DNA of 64,000 nucleotides from Planctomycetota bacterium (GCA_965248445.1 CBDFJG010000003.1:1024001-1088000); one strand, 5' to 3'. Shown: positions 48,987 through 59,907, counted from the stretch's first letter. The notes: generated from the sequence alone by a model not told the origin. Made by a program: numbers and translations.

Positions 48987-51209
48987 TCAGCCGCCGAACG
49001 AGAGCATCTCGCCGTCGACCTCGATCACGACGCGCCCGAGCACGAGGAACTTCGCGAGCCACTCGTGCTTGCGGATCAGCGCGAAGTACTCGTCGCCGAA
49101 CGGTGCGACCGCGCGCGGGGCCTTCTCGGTCTTCGCCTTCGCGTCCCACCACATCGCGCCGCGCTGGACGAACGTCCGTCCGTGCACGTGCTTCACGAGC
49201 GAGTCGCGTACGTCCTTGCCGCCCGCTGCCTCGCCGTCACGATCGCCACGGAACTCGGACAGGGACTTCGCCTCCTTGGAGAAGTCGACCGCGCCTTGGC
49301 CGCTCTCCGCGTCCTCGGCCTCACCGGCGCCACCGGCGTCGCGGCTCACGCGCTCGCGCGCGGCGTCCTCTTCCGGTGTGGGCGCACGCGCGCCCGGCGG
49401 CCTCGGACCGCTGCCGCCGCCGGCGCGGCCGAAGAAGTGCCGTCCGCCGCCGGTCGTCGGTCCGTCAGTCGGCACGATCGCGTCGTCCTCGAGGATCAGA
49501 TAGCTCGTGTAGGGCGTGACGATCCCGTACTGCTTGGCCAGGCGCACGACCTCGTCCTTCAGCTCGCCGCTCTCTCCGTGCAGACGGATCTCGTCGAGTA
49601 GGAAGCCCACGCGGCGCACCGCCCACAGGCGGGGCAGGAACGTGTTCCGCTCCTCGCGCTCGGGCAGCACGAACTCCTCGACGATCCGCACGTCCTTGCC
49701 CCGGACCTTGCCGCGTAGGTCCATGGTCAGGTGCCCGCCGTTCGCGAACCGTCCGGTGACGAGCACCTCGGAGCCGTGGAACAGGTCCGGCAGCTTCCGC
49801 GGGTGCACGGCCGTGATCGCCGGGCCCGCGAAGGTGAGCTGGATGTCGGTCATCGCCGGGCGCGAGAGCTTCTCGTAGATGTTCGAGACCTTGACCTCGA
49901 TGTTCTCGGACTCGGCGACGTAGTCGCGTGTGCCGCGGCTCTCGGCGGCCACCCGGTCGAGCAGCTTGGTGTTGACGTCGTTGCCGACTCCGAACACGAA
50001 TACGCGGGCCGCTCCCAGCGCGCCCTTGGCGCGCTGCACGATGGTGTTGGCGTCGGTCTGGCCGATGGTCGGCATGCCGTCGGTCACGAAGAGAACCAAC
50101 TGTGGTCGATCCCCCTGGCGCTCCTTCGAGAGCATTCCGAGCGACACCTGGAGGGCGTCGTCGATGGCGGTTCCACCTCGGGCGACCAGCGTGTCCACGA
50201 ATGCGTCCGCGGCAGTTCGTTCGATCGAACTCGCGCCCGCGAGCACCGGCCGCGGTTCCGTCGAGAACGGGACGATCCCGAAGCGATCTTCCGGGCCGAG
50301 GCTTCGCAGGCAGTAGCGCAGCGCACCACGGGCCTGCTCCATCTTCTCGCCGGCCATGCTGCCCGACGTGTCGACGACGAACACGACGTCCTTCGGCATC
50401 GGCCGCGTGTTCTCGTCGCTGCGCGGCGCCAGAACGAGCAGGAACGTGCCGTCCTCCGCGATGCGATGCGTCACGAGCGATGCGCCGACGTCCTTCTTGG
50501 TGGGGCGCCAGTACAGGTGGAAGTCCCGGTCCGGCGTCACGTTGCGGGCTTCCCAGCCAACTCGTACGCGGTTGCCGAGTGTGCTCGGCACGTCGACATC
50601 GTGCGTCGGACTGAACACGGCGGTGATCGGTGCATCGTCCTCGATCGTCACGTCGAGACTCACGTGCTCGAGCGGCTTGCTCGAGAACTTCTCTGTGCTC
50701 AGCTGGTAGCTGTACGCAACCGTGCCGTTGTCGCCGGAGAGGACCTCCGCGTAGCGCAGGCGCACGCGCTTCTCGGAGCGCGGCTCGATCGGGAAGATGC
50801 GCGCCTTGAACGCGCCGCGTCCCACGTACTCGAGCAGCGCCGGGTCCTGCTGGCGGCGCACGATGTCCTCGTAGATCCGCCGCGCTTTGCCGGCGTCGAG
50901 CAGTTCCGCGACGAGCTCCTTGCCGTCGAGCCACATTCCGAAGTGGTCCATCGCGGCGCCCTCGGGGAGGGGGAACAGGTAGGTGCCCTCGACGCGGTGG
51001 TTGTTCGGGTTGACGAAGACCTGGTCCACCTCGGTGATCGCCACGCGGCCGTCGATCTTGACGGTGACGCGGTGGTTCTTCACCGCCAGCGGGATGTTCC
51101 GGACGCTGGGGCGGTCCGGGGGGTGGGGGGCGATGATGATCAAGCCGTCCGCGAGGGCAGTGCCCGATCCGAGCACGAGGAAGGCGGCGGCGAGGGCGAA
51201 TGGGCGCAT
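48987..51209 (-). CDS. Secreted VIT + vWA domain protein
   Basis: Signal peptide, EGTYLFPLP VIT motif, DTSGSM MIDAS, TDG, FGVGNDVN. Confidence 0.88.
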   Translation of the reverse strand: MRPFALAAAFLVLGSGTALADGLIIIAPHPPDRPSVRNIPLAVKNHRVTVKIDGRVAITEVDQVFVNPNNHRVEGTYLFPLPEGAAMDHFGMWLDGKELVAELLDAGKARRIYEDIVRRQQDPALLEYVGRGAFKARIFPIEPRSEKRVRLRYAEVLSGDNGTVAYSYQLSTEKFSSKPLEHVSLDVTIEDDAPITAVFSPTHDVDVPSTLGNRVRVGWEARNVTPDRDFHLYWRPTKKDVGASLVTHRIAEDGTFLLVLAPRSDENTRPMPKDVVFVVDTSGSMAGEKMEQARGALRYCLRSLGPEDRFGIVPFSTEPRPVLAGASSIERTAADAFVDTLVARGGTAIDDALQVSLGMLSKERQGDRPQLVLFVTDGMPTIGQTDANTIVQRAKGALGAARVFVFGVGNDVNTKLLDRVAAESRGTRDYVAESENIEVKVSNIYEKLSRPAMTDIQLTFAGPAITAVHPRKLPDLFHGSEVLVTGRFANGGHLTMDLRGKVRGKDVRIVEEFVLPEREERNTFLPRLWAVRRVGFLLDEIRLHGESGELKDEVVRLAKQYGIVTPYTSYLILEDDAIVPTDGPTTGGGRHFFGRAGGGSGPRPPGARAPTPEEDAARERVSRDAGGAGEAEDAESGQGAVDFSKEAKSLSEFRGDRDGEAAGGKDVRDSLVKHVHGRTFVQRGAMWWDAKAKTEKAPRAVAPFGDEYFALIRKHEWLAKFLVLGRVVIEVDGEMLSFGG

Positions 51210-51286
51210 GGGGAACCTCCGGTCTGGTTCCTTGGATGCGCTGGGGCGGCCGGAGTTCCCGCCCATGCCGGAAGAAGAGGCGGAAG

Positions 51287-51778
51287 CTAGCCGCCGTCCT
51301 TGTGCACGCAGGCCTCGCAGAGCAGGTGGAGCGTGTAGGTGCCGTCGTCGTTGCGCCGGGTCAGGCGGGCGCTGGCGGCGTTCTTCTCGCATTCCTGGCA
51401 GGCGCGGGCCTTCAACTTCTCAGCGTGCTCGGCGGCGACCTTGGCGATGACCTGGGCCATCAGAGCCTTCTTCTGGGCCACCGGGAGTTTGCTGAGGAGC
51501 TTGGCCAGAGCCTGCTTGTCGACGACGCCCTCCGGCAGGATCTGGACCTGCGCCGACAGCGCCACGCGCCCCCGCCGCTTCTCCTCCCGGGCGACCCAGC
51601 GGCGCCAGCGGCGCACGGCCACGACGCGCTCGTCGTCATCGGCGCTCCACCGGAAGTCGAGCCGCTCCTGGGTGAGGATCGCGAGCAGCTCGATCGCATC
51701 ACGCCGGTCGAACGCGTCGTCGCTCTCGAGGCGCGCGACGAGCCGCTGCACCGTCGTCAGATCCACTTCGTCCGTCAC
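51287..51778 (-). CDS. Hypothetical helical protein with C-terminal CxxC..CxxC Zn motif
   Basis: HEAT-like N-terminus; CQEC...LHLLCEAC. Confidence 0.65.
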   Translation of the reverse strand: MTDEVDLTTVQRLVARLESDDAFDRRDAIELLAILTQERLDFRWSADDDERVVAVRRWRRWVAREEKRRGRVALSAQVQILPEGVVDKQALAKLLSKLPVAQKKALMAQVIAKVAAEHAEKLKARACQECEKNAASARLTRRNDDGTYTLHLLCEACVHKDGG

Positions 51779-51842
51779 TCTGTCTGTTCTATCGGACGTT
51801 TACGGCCCGGCCAGAGGGAAGAAGCGGAGCGAAGAGACGCTT

Positions 51843-52844
51843 TCAGCCCGCCCGGCAGGCCGCGAGAACCTCGGCTGCAACGTCGTCTGGGGTGATCCCG
51901 TCGGCCTCGCCCTCGAAGTTGAGGAGCACCCTGTGGCGCAGCACCGCCGGCGCCAGCGAGCGGAGGTCGTCCTCGGACACGTTCGCCCGGCCCTTGGCCA
52001 GCGCGCGGGCCTTGGACGCCAGCGTGAGCCAGACCGCTGCCCGCGGGCTCGCACCGTGGCGCACCACACGCCGCACGAGGTCCGGCGCGGACGCCGAGGA
52101 CGCGTGGGTCGCGAGCACGAGACGGCCCACGAACTCGCGCAGATGGGGTGCCAGCGCAACCTCGCGAACCAGCGCCTGCATTCCGAGCACCGTCTCCGCA
52201 TCCGTCACGCAGGGGACGGGGGAAGGCGTCGCTCCCGTGGTGCGGTCCACGATCTCGAGAAGTTCGGACAGGGGTGGGACACCGACCCGCACGAGGAGCG
52301 CGAACCGATCCAGCTGCGCCTCGGGGAGCGCGTACGTGCCCTCCATCTCGAGCGGGTTCTGCGTCGCGAGCACGAAGAACGGCTGCGGCAACTCGTGTGT
52401 GTGCCGCGCGACCGTCACGCGCCGCTCCTCCATCGCCTCGAGGAGCGCGGACTGCGTCTTCGGCGTTGCGCGGTTGATCTCGTCGGCCAACAGGACGCTG
52501 GCGAACACCGGTCCCCGCCGGAACTCGAACGACGTGCCGCCGCCCGGCCGTTCGACGAGCATGTCGGTGCCGAGGACGTCGGCGGGCATCAGGTCCGGCG
52601 TGAACTGGATGCGTCCGTACGGCAGGCCGAGCGCGGAGGCCAGACTGCGGCACAGCAGCGTCTTGCCGACACCCGGCACGCCCTCGAGCAGGCAATGCCC
52701 GCCGGCGACGACGGCGACCATGACCTGCTCGACCACGTCGTCGAGACCCACGACGGCGTTGCCGACGGCCGTGCGCACGTCGGTCCACACCTCGGCGAAC
52801 CGAGCAGGATCCACGGGCCGCGGCGGCTTCGCCGTGGCCGTCAA
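51843..52844 (-). CDS. MoxR-family AAA+ ATPase
   Basis: EGVPGVGKT, RIQFTPDLMPAD, DEINRATPKTQSALLEAM, ATQNP, LPEAQLDRF. Confidence 0.95.
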   Translation of the reverse strand: MTATAKPPRPVDPARFAEVWTDVRTAVGNAVVGLDDVVEQVMVAVVAGGHCLLEGVPGVGKTLLCRSLASALGLPYGRIQFTPDLMPADVLGTDMLVERPGGGTSFEFRRGPVFASVLLADEINRATPKTQSALLEAMEERRVTVARHTHELPQPFFVLATQNPLEMEGTYALPEAQLDRFALLVRVGVPPLSELLEIVDRTTGATPSPVPCVTDAETVLGMQALVREVALAPHLREFVGRLVLATHASSASAPDLVRRVVRHGASPRAAVWLTLASKARALAKGRANVSEDDLRSLAPAVLRHRVLLNFEGEADGITPDDVAAEVLAACRAG

Positions 52845-53632
52845 GCGAGCACCTTCGGGTCGAGTCCGAATGCCGCGAGCGTGTTCTGCTCGGTCAGGCT
52901 CTCGATCTCGGTGAGCGGCATCGAGAGTTCGCGCGCCAGCCGCTCTGCGGTGTGCACGACGAACGCCGGTTCGTTCCGCTTCCCGCGGTGCGGCTCGGGG
53001 GTCAGGTAGGGACAGTCCGTCTCGACCATCAGCCGATCGTGCGGGACGACGTGCGCTGCGTCCCGCAGGTTCTGGGCGTTCTTGAAGGTGAGCACGCCGG
53101 AGAAGCTGACATGGAAGCCCAGCTCGACGGACTTCTTCGCGTCGTCGGGGCCCCCGCTGAAGCAGTGCATGACACCCCGGAGAGGACCGTGTGCGGACTC
53201 GTCCTCCAGGATGCGGAAGAGCTCCGGGTACGTCTCGCGGTTGTGGATCACGAGCGGCAGACCGGTATCCCGCGACAGCGCGACGTGGCGGCGCAGCAAC
53301 CGCTCCTGGAGTTCCATCGGCACCTCGTTCCACGGCCCGCGATCCAGGCCGCACTCGCCGATCGCGACGACCTTCGGCCGGGCGGCGAGTGCGACGATCC
53401 CGTCCCACTGGGCCTCCCAGTCCTGGCCGGCTTCGTGGGGGTGGATGCCAACCGTCGCGTAGACGTCGGCCTCCTGCGCCGCGAGTTCCACGCTGCGCTC
53501 GGAGCCCGGCAGGTCGCACCCCACGTTGACGATCAGGCGCACGCCGGCGCTGCGCGCGCGCGCGAGCACCGCGTCCCGGTCCTGGTCGAACCGGTGCATG
53601 TCGACGTGGGCGTGGGAGTCGATCAAGGGCAC
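52841..53632 (-). CDS. tatD: TatD-family nuclease
   Basis: DSHAH, GIHPHE, GECGLD, MHCFSG, ETDCPYL. Confidence 0.93.
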   Translation of the reverse strand: MPLIDSHAHVDMHRFDQDRDAVLARARSAGVRLIVNVGCDLPGSERSVELAAQEADVYATVGIHPHEAGQDWEAQWDGIVALAARPKVVAIGECGLDRGPWNEVPMELQERLLRRHVALSRDTGLPLVIHNRETYPELFRILEDESAHGPLRGVMHCFSGGPDDAKKSVELGFHVSFSGVLTFKNAQNLRDAAHVVPHDRLMVETDCPYLTPEPHRGKRNEPAFVVHTAERLARELSMPLTEIESLTEQNTLAAFGLDPKVLA

Positions 53633-53785
53633 CTCGCGGAGAGAGCGGAGGAGAACACGCCCGCAGCCACGGAACGAAGGACAGAAGCCCGTGCGAGTGG
53701 ATCGAAGTCTCGACGCCCCGGACGCCCATGAACGCGCCCTGGGCGATTCCTCCCCAGACACGGGGGGCGGTTAGAACCTCTGTCC

Positions 53786-55066
53786 ATGCTCGATCCCGTC
53801 TTCATCCGCAAGAACCCGGACGTCGTCCGGCGGGGTCTGCGTGCGCGGGGCGAGACCGCGGACCTCGACTGGTACCTCCAGCGGGACAAGGATCATCGGG
53901 AGGTGATCGGAGAGCTGCAGGAGTTGAAGACCCGGCAGAACCAGATCTCGCCCGAGATAGGGCGCCGCAAGAAGGCCGGCGAGGACGCGGATGCGCTGCT
54001 GGCCGAAGTCGCCGACCTCAAGGCCGAGCAGAAGCACCTGGCCGAGCGTCGGGACGCTCTCGAGGACGACCTGTCGACCTTGCTCCTGCGCCTGCCCAAC
54101 CTGCCGGACGACGACGTCCCGCCGGGCCGCGACGACGACGACAACGTCGAGATGCGGCGGCACGGGGAGTTGCGTGAGTTCGCGTTCGACCCCAAGCCCC
54201 ACTGGGAACTGGGCGCGGACCTCGGCATGTACGACGCCGACCGCGCGGGAAAGATCGCGGGCAGCGGGTTCTCGCTCTTGACGGGGCAGCTTGCGCAACT
54301 CGAGCGCGCGCTCTGGAACTACATGCTCGACCTGCACACGCGGGAGCATGGGTACACGGAGGTCGCGCCGCCGTACCTCGTCCGCGAGGAATCGCTGATC
54401 GGGACCTCGCAACTGCCCAAGTTCGAAGTGCAGATGTACCGGTGCCGCGACGACGACTTGTTTCTCATTCCCACGGCGGAGGTGCCCGTCACCAACATCC
54501 ACCGCGGGGAGATCCTGAGCGAGTCCGACCTGCCGATCCGGTATGCGGCGTTCACGCCGTGTTTCCGCCGCGAGTCCGGCGCCGCCGGTGTCGAGACGCG
54601 CGGCCTGGTGCGCATGCACCAGTTCCACAAAGTCGAGCTCGTCGCGTTCGCGCGTCCGGAGGATTCGGGCGCCGAGCACGACCGGCTCTGCGAGCACGCG
54701 GAGACCGTGCTGCAGCAGCTCGGCCTGCCGTACCGGGTCGTGTTCGTCTGTTCGGGCGGCATGGGATTCGGTCAGAAGCGGCAGTACGACCTCGAGCTGC
54801 ACTCCCCGGGTGTGGATCGCTGGCTCGAGGTGTCGTCGGTGTCGATCTACGGCGCCTTCCAGGCCCGCCGGGCGGGGATCCGATTCCGGCGCGAAGGGGG
54901 CGGGAAGCCCGAATTCGTGCACACGCTGAACGGGTCGGCGCTGGCCATGCCCAGGGTCATGGTAGGCATCCTCGAGAACTACCAGCGCGAGGACGGGAGC
55001 ATCGAGGTGCCCGACGTCCTGCGGCCGTATATGGGCTGGCGCGCCGAGCTCCGGGCGAAGCGCTAG
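53786..55066 (+). CDS. serS: Seryl-tRNA synthetase
   Basis: PTAEVP, CFRRESG, RMHQFHKVE, HTLNGSALA. Confidence 0.97.
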   Translation: MLDPVFIRKNPDVVRRGLRARGETADLDWYLQRDKDHREVIGELQELKTRQNQISPEIGRRKKAGEDADALLAEVADLKAEQKHLAERRDALEDDLSTLLLRLPNLPDDDVPPGRDDDDNVEMRRHGELREFAFDPKPHWELGADLGMYDADRAGKIAGSGFSLLTGQLAQLERALWNYMLDLHTREHGYTEVAPPYLVREESLIGTSQLPKFEVQMYRCRDDDLFLIPTAEVPVTNIHRGEILSESDLPIRYAAFTPCFRRESGAAGVETRGLVRMHQFHKVELVAFARPEDSGAEHDRLCEHAETVLQQLGLPYRVVFVCSGGMGFGQKRQYDLELHSPGVDRWLEVSSVSIYGAFQARRAGIRFRREGGGKPEFVHTLNGSALAMPRVMVGILENYQREDGSIEVPDVLRPYMGWRAELRAKR

Positions 55067-55249
55067 CCGCTCGTCCGTTCGGCTCCGCTGCGGGCGCTGA
55101 GGCGCCGCACGCAGCGCCATTCCGGACGAGGCTGGCCGCGCCTCAAGTCCCAAGCCCGCGAGACCCGATCCGGAGGGAGGGGCCCCAGGCTCCTCTGAGC
55201 CTCCACCGAGCCTCCGCCGATCCGCCCTTGGGCATCCTGAGAGACAACC

Positions 55250-56659
55250 GTGCAGATTCTCGCCTCCGCACCCGACCTCCAGCTGACCTGGTTCCACGCC
55301 GCCCTTGCCCTCGGCTTCGTGACGGTCGTGCTCGTGCTCGCCCTGACGCGGGCGCTCAAGGTCCGCATCCTGGCTCTCCGCACCGCGGCCTCGGCCCGTG
55401 CCGAGCTGGCCACGGTCGAGGAGCGCGTCGCGCTGCTCGAGCGGTCCGCGCAGCGGGACATCCGCGCGCAGGCGGACACCGATGTGGCGGTCGGGCGCGG
55501 CAGCAGCACGTTGCACGCCCTCCCGGGCGTGTTCGCGGAGCTCGCCGGCGCACACAACCGCAGTCACCTCTGCGCACACCTGGGACGCGCCATCGAGCGC
55601 ATCACCGAACCGGCGCAGTGGATGGTGTTCCTGGCGGACCCGACGAGCGAGGGCGAGTACGTGCTTCTGGCCGGCGCGGCGAACAACGGCCAAGCGTGGC
55701 CCGAGGGCGCCGTCCTCACCGAGCGGCACGGGCGTCTGGGCCACGCGATCAAGCGCGGCGTGCCCATGAGCGAAGACGACTTCCACGCCGAGCCGCCGAT
55801 CGTGCGCGACCGGCTCCGCACCGACGAGCCGCGTGGCTTCATCGTGGATCTCGCCGTTCCGATCCTCGTCGGAGACGACGTGGCCGGGGTGTTCTCGATC
55901 GGACAGGCGAGCATTCCCGACGAAACGGTGCTCGCGTTCGCGCAGTGCGCCGCCGCGATGATGAGCTCGGTGCTGCGCTGCATGGATGCGCGTGATCTCG
56001 CCAAGCGGCTCGAGGACAGCGACGACCTGACCGGTCTCGGCAACCGCCGCTGGTTCCTCGCGCAGGCGGCGGAGACGCTCTACCGCAACCGCGAACAGGG
56101 TGTGCAGATGTCGCTCGCGGTCTTTGGCGTCGATCACCTCCGCCGGTACTTCGCGGAGCAGAAGGTCGCGGCCACCGGGCGGCTCCAGCGGAGTGTCGCC
56201 GACATCGCGAGGACGCACCTCGGTCAGGGCGCGCTGCTCGCACGCTGGAGCGACAACGAGTTCGCCGTGCTGATGCCGGGTTGCGACCTGCGGGCCGCAC
56301 GCCTGACCCTCGACACCGTGCGCCGCGACATCACGGAGGCCGGCTTCCCGGGCAGCTCAAAGCAGCCTGGCGGAGCCGTCACCATGTCCGCCGGCGTCGC
56401 GGTCTGCCCGTGGGATGGCGTGCAACTCGACGACCTGTTGGACGCGGCCTACTCGGCGCTCGAGGTGGCACGCACCCGCGGCGGTGATCAGGTCGCCGGT
56501 ACGGAGTCGCGCGCCTCGGACTCGTCGTCGTTCTCGTTCGGTTCTGACAGCGACTCCGTCGCGTCGCTCGAGCCCCCCAAGGATCGCGTGCGCCTGCCCG
56601 CGGAGTTCGGGAGCTACGAGGACCTGACTTCCAGCGGTCGCGGCGGCGAAGAGGACTAG
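55250..56659 (+). CDS. Membrane-anchored GAF + degenerate GGDEF protein
   Basis: N-terminal TM, DDLTGLGNRR, RWSDNEF instead of RxGGDEF, TMSAGVA. Confidence 0.8.
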   Translation: MQILASAPDLQLTWFHAALALGFVTVVLVLALTRALKVRILALRTAASARAELATVEERVALLERSAQRDIRAQADTDVAVGRGSSTLHALPGVFAELAGAHNRSHLCAHLGRAIERITEPAQWMVFLADPTSEGEYVLLAGAANNGQAWPEGAVLTERHGRLGHAIKRGVPMSEDDFHAEPPIVRDRLRTDEPRGFIVDLAVPILVGDDVAGVFSIGQASIPDETVLAFAQCAAAMMSSVLRCMDARDLAKRLEDSDDLTGLGNRRWFLAQAAETLYRNREQGVQMSLAVFGVDHLRRYFAEQKVAATGRLQRSVADIARTHLGQGALLARWSDNEFAVLMPGCDLRAARLTLDTVRRDITEAGFPGSSKQPGGAVTMSAGVAVCPWDGVQLDDLLDAAYSALEVARTRGGDQVAGTESRASDSSSFSFGSDSDSVASLEPPKDRVRLPAEFGSYEDLTSSGRGGEED

Positions 56660-56687
56660 GCCCTTCTAAGAGGGATATGCGCGTCCG

Positions 56688-57740
56688 CTACGAGCGCACG
56701 AGCAACCGCGCGCTCGCCTTCTCGACGAACCGCCCGATCCGCGCAGCGGACGAAGCGTTTGCCTCGCGCAGCGCGGCCTCGAGGTCGTCCGCACGATCCG
56801 CCGGACACGCGATGAGGAGGCCGCCCGACGTCTGGGCGTCGGCCATCTCGAGGCGCGCGTTCTCCGACACGTCGTCGTCGAACGCGCACCACTGCGACGA
56901 GTACGCGAGGTTCCGCTTCGTGCCCCCCGGACAGATGCCGGCACCGATCGCGTCGTGCAGGCCCGGCAGGAAGGGCAGCGCTTCGTAGTGGATCTCTGCG
57001 GAGATCGGATCCTCGCGCACCATCTCGAGCAGATGCCCGAGCAGCCCGAACCCGGTGACGTCGGTGCACGCGTGGACGCCCACCTCCATCATCGCCTCGG
57101 CGGCGGGGCGGTTGAGCGTCGTCATCATGTCGATGACCTTGCGCTCGACGTCACCCCCGACCTTCCCCTTCTTGATGCCGGTCGTGAGGATCCCGGAGCC
57201 GAGCGGCTTCGTCAGGAAGAGCACGTCACCGACGTGAGCGCCGGTGTTGCGTAGCACACGGTCGGGGTGCACGAGCCCTGTCACGACCATCCCGTACTTG
57301 GGTTCGGGGTCGTCGACGGAGTGCCCGCCGAGCACGCACACTCCCGCCTCTTCCGCCACGCTGTCGCCGCCGGCGAGCACCCGGCTGAGCACCTCGTGCC
57401 CGAGCGTCTCGATCGGGAAGCAGAGGATGTTCAGCGCGAACAGCGGCCGCCCACCCATGGCGTAGACGTCGCTGAATGCGTTCGTCGCGGCCACGCGGCC
57501 GAAGTCGAACGGGTCGTCCACGACGGGGGAGAAGAAGTCCAGCGTCTCGACGAGCGCACGCTCCGCGTCCAGCCGGTACACGGCCGCGTCGTCCCCTGTT
57601 TCGATCCCGACCAGGACGTTCGGGTCGGACCTCACCGGTAGCGCATCCAGCGCCCGCTTGAGGTCCTCGGCGGGAATCTTGCAGGCTCAACCGCCGCCGC
57701 GGGCGAGCGCGGTCAGTCTCGGGGTGGGGTTCACTTCCAT
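56688..57740 (-). CDS. selD: Selenophosphate synthetase, selenocysteine-containing (UGA at codon 18)
   Basis: MEVNPTPRLTALARGGG-U-ACKI upstream of the called ORF; DDAAVY, SDVYAMGG, GGHS, TDVTGFGLLGH, AQTSGGLL. Confidence 0.93.
57653..57674 (-). promoter_or_regulatory. Candidate bacterial SECIS hairpin
   Basis: CCCGC-C-GAG-gac-CTC-AA-GCGGG starting 12 nt after the in-frame UGA. Confidence 0.55.
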
Positions 57741-58861
57741 TTCCCGATCCTACGGGAGCGCCGTGCCCGGGGCGAGAGTACGGAACCCCAGGTCGCCCGG
57801 CTCCGTCCAGGCTGTCAGGGGGAGAGGGCAGGGCAGCCTCCGCTAGCCGCATCTGTTCACGAGACGTCGCGATGACGGTGCTTTCGGAGTCCACAGGGTC
57901 AGATCTTGGCCAGGCGAGGGCGGATGCTGTCGTCGTTGCCACAAGGGCAACGCGAGTGAGCGGCCGAAACGGCGCGGATTCTGCGGTGTGGGCAGACCGT
58001 AGGCCGGGCGGTGGTGTGGCGGACGGCGCGGCGGGACGTCAGGTCGGCTTCGGGGATGCCAGCAGTCGTTGCGCGCAGCGCTCGAAGACGTGCTGCCAGG
58101 GCCACGACGAGGACATCGAGACCCAGATCCGGCGCGTCGTGATCCGCACGAGCGCGCCGATCTTGAGCAGCCGCAGGCGGATCGTGCCGGCTTGCGCACG
58201 CGCCATCTCGGTGCCGGCGAGACCGATGCGTCGCAGCGCACAGGTCAGGACGTAGGCCATGGCCGACATGGCCATCCGCACGGCGTTGCCCTGCATCGTG
58301 TGCACCGACAGACGGGTGCCGAAGAGCTCGAGCTGCTGCTCCTTGATGCGATTCTCCGCCTCGCCCCGGGCGCAGTAGAGCTGCTCGTAGAGACGCTTGC
58401 TGCTCCAGCTACGAGGCGGCAGATTGGTCACCACGAAGCGGGGATTGCGCTTGCCGCCCGGCAGGTGCTCGGCCTTGGCGACCACGCGACGCCTCTGGCT
58501 CCAGCTCCCCAGCGTGGTCCAGGCAAAGTCGCGAAAGACCCGGGCTGCTCGGCCGGTCTGCACGGCACGGGCTGCGGCCTCATCGAGCGCGTCTTCGACG
58601 TGTCGCTCAAGGCGCTCATTGCGCGCCATGCCCAGCAGGTAGAAGTGGCCGGCGGCCTCGCACCAGGCCATCAGCTCCTCGCGGCAAAAGCCCGAGTCTG
58701 CGCGCACGAGCACCTTGGCCCGGGGCCAGCGGCGCCGCAGACGTAAGACCAGCGCACGGAGCTCGTCCACGACTCCGCGCGCGGGATCTCTGTCAGCGGT
58801 CTGGAGCCGAGCGAGCAAGAGGTGCTCGCCGCAGAAGACGTACAGCGGCAGGTAGCAGTAG

Positions 58862-59907
58862 CATGGGTATCGGGTTGACGACCGTAGCCACTAGATGTAG
58901 TGTCTGTGCCCTGTGGCGCGCCCCGGCTACCCTGGCAGCATCCTGGAATTCACGCGCCAGTTCGCCACCGAGCAGCAGTGCTTGGACTACGTCGTGCGCT
59001 GCCGTTGGCCCGATGGGTTTCGCTGCCGACGTTGCGGCGGCGCGAAGTCGTGGCCGCGCCCCGACCGCAAGGGACTGCGCTGCGCGGCGTGTGATCTGAT
59101 CACGTCGGTCACCGCCGGGACGGTCATGCACCACAGCCGGCTGCCGCTGCGCACGTGGTTGTGGGCCGCGTACATGGTGTCTACCGACAAGCGCGGCGTC
59201 TCAGCACTCGCGCTCCAGCGCCAGTTGGGGTTTGGCTGCTACGAGACAGCCTATCAGCTGCTGCAGAAACTGCGGACCGCGATGGTCGCTCCCGAGAGGC
59301 GCCCGCTCCACGGCGTCGTGGAGGTCGATGAGACATTGATCGGCGCGCCGTACCGCGGCCGCCCCGAACGCACGCCTTTGGACAAGGCCGTAGTCGTGGG
59401 AGCAGTCGAGGTGCGCCCGACGAAGAAGGGCGGTCTGCAGCCCGGCCGCGCGCGACTGCGGCACGTGGCCCGCGCGAAGAAAGAGAAACTGATCGGCTTC
59501 GTGAAGGATGTCGTCGAGCCGTCGTCGCTGGTGGTCACCGACGGCCACGAGACGTACGCAGTGCTCGAGGAAGCGGGCTATGAACACGGTGTGGAATCAA
59601 CATCGATCGGCGATGCGCAGGCCGACGTCCTGGGGCACCTCCACATGGTCTTCGCCAACCTGAAGACGTGGCTGTCGGGGACCCACCACGGTGGCGTATC
59701 GAAGAAGCACCTGCAGCGCTACCTCGACGAGTTCGTCTTCCGCTTCAACCGTCGCAAGACGCCGCAGGCCGCGTTCCAGACCCTGCTCGGGATCGCCGCG
59801 AAGGCGCCTCCGCACGGCTACGGCGACGTCTACGCCGGAGAGCGCGTGCGAGGCCGGACGCCACACCACAAGATGTAGGGGGTACGGTCGTTATCCCGAT
59901 ACCCATG
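58862..59907 (+). mobile_element. IS1595-family element (1046 bp)
   Basis: 25-bp IRs with 2 mismatches (CATGGGTATCGGGTTGACGACCGTA); 8-bp TSD AGCAGTAG. Confidence 0.93.
58913..59878 (+). CDS. IS1595-family transposase
   Basis: RWPDGFRCRRC Zn ribbon, VEVDET, TDG, KHLQRYLDEFVFRFNRR. Confidence 0.93.
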   Translation: MARPGYPGSILEFTRQFATEQQCLDYVVRCRWPDGFRCRRCGGAKSWPRPDRKGLRCAACDLITSVTAGTVMHHSRLPLRTWLWAAYMVSTDKRGVSALALQRQLGFGCYETAYQLLQKLRTAMVAPERRPLHGVVEVDETLIGAPYRGRPERTPLDKAVVVGAVEVRPTKKGGLQPGRARLRHVARAKKEKLIGFVKDVVEPSSLVVTDGHETYAVLEEAGYEHGVESTSIGDAQADVLGHLHMVFANLKTWLSGTHHGGVSKKHLQRYLDEFVFRFNRRKTPQAAFQTLLGIAAKAPPHGYGDVYAGERVRGRTPHHKM

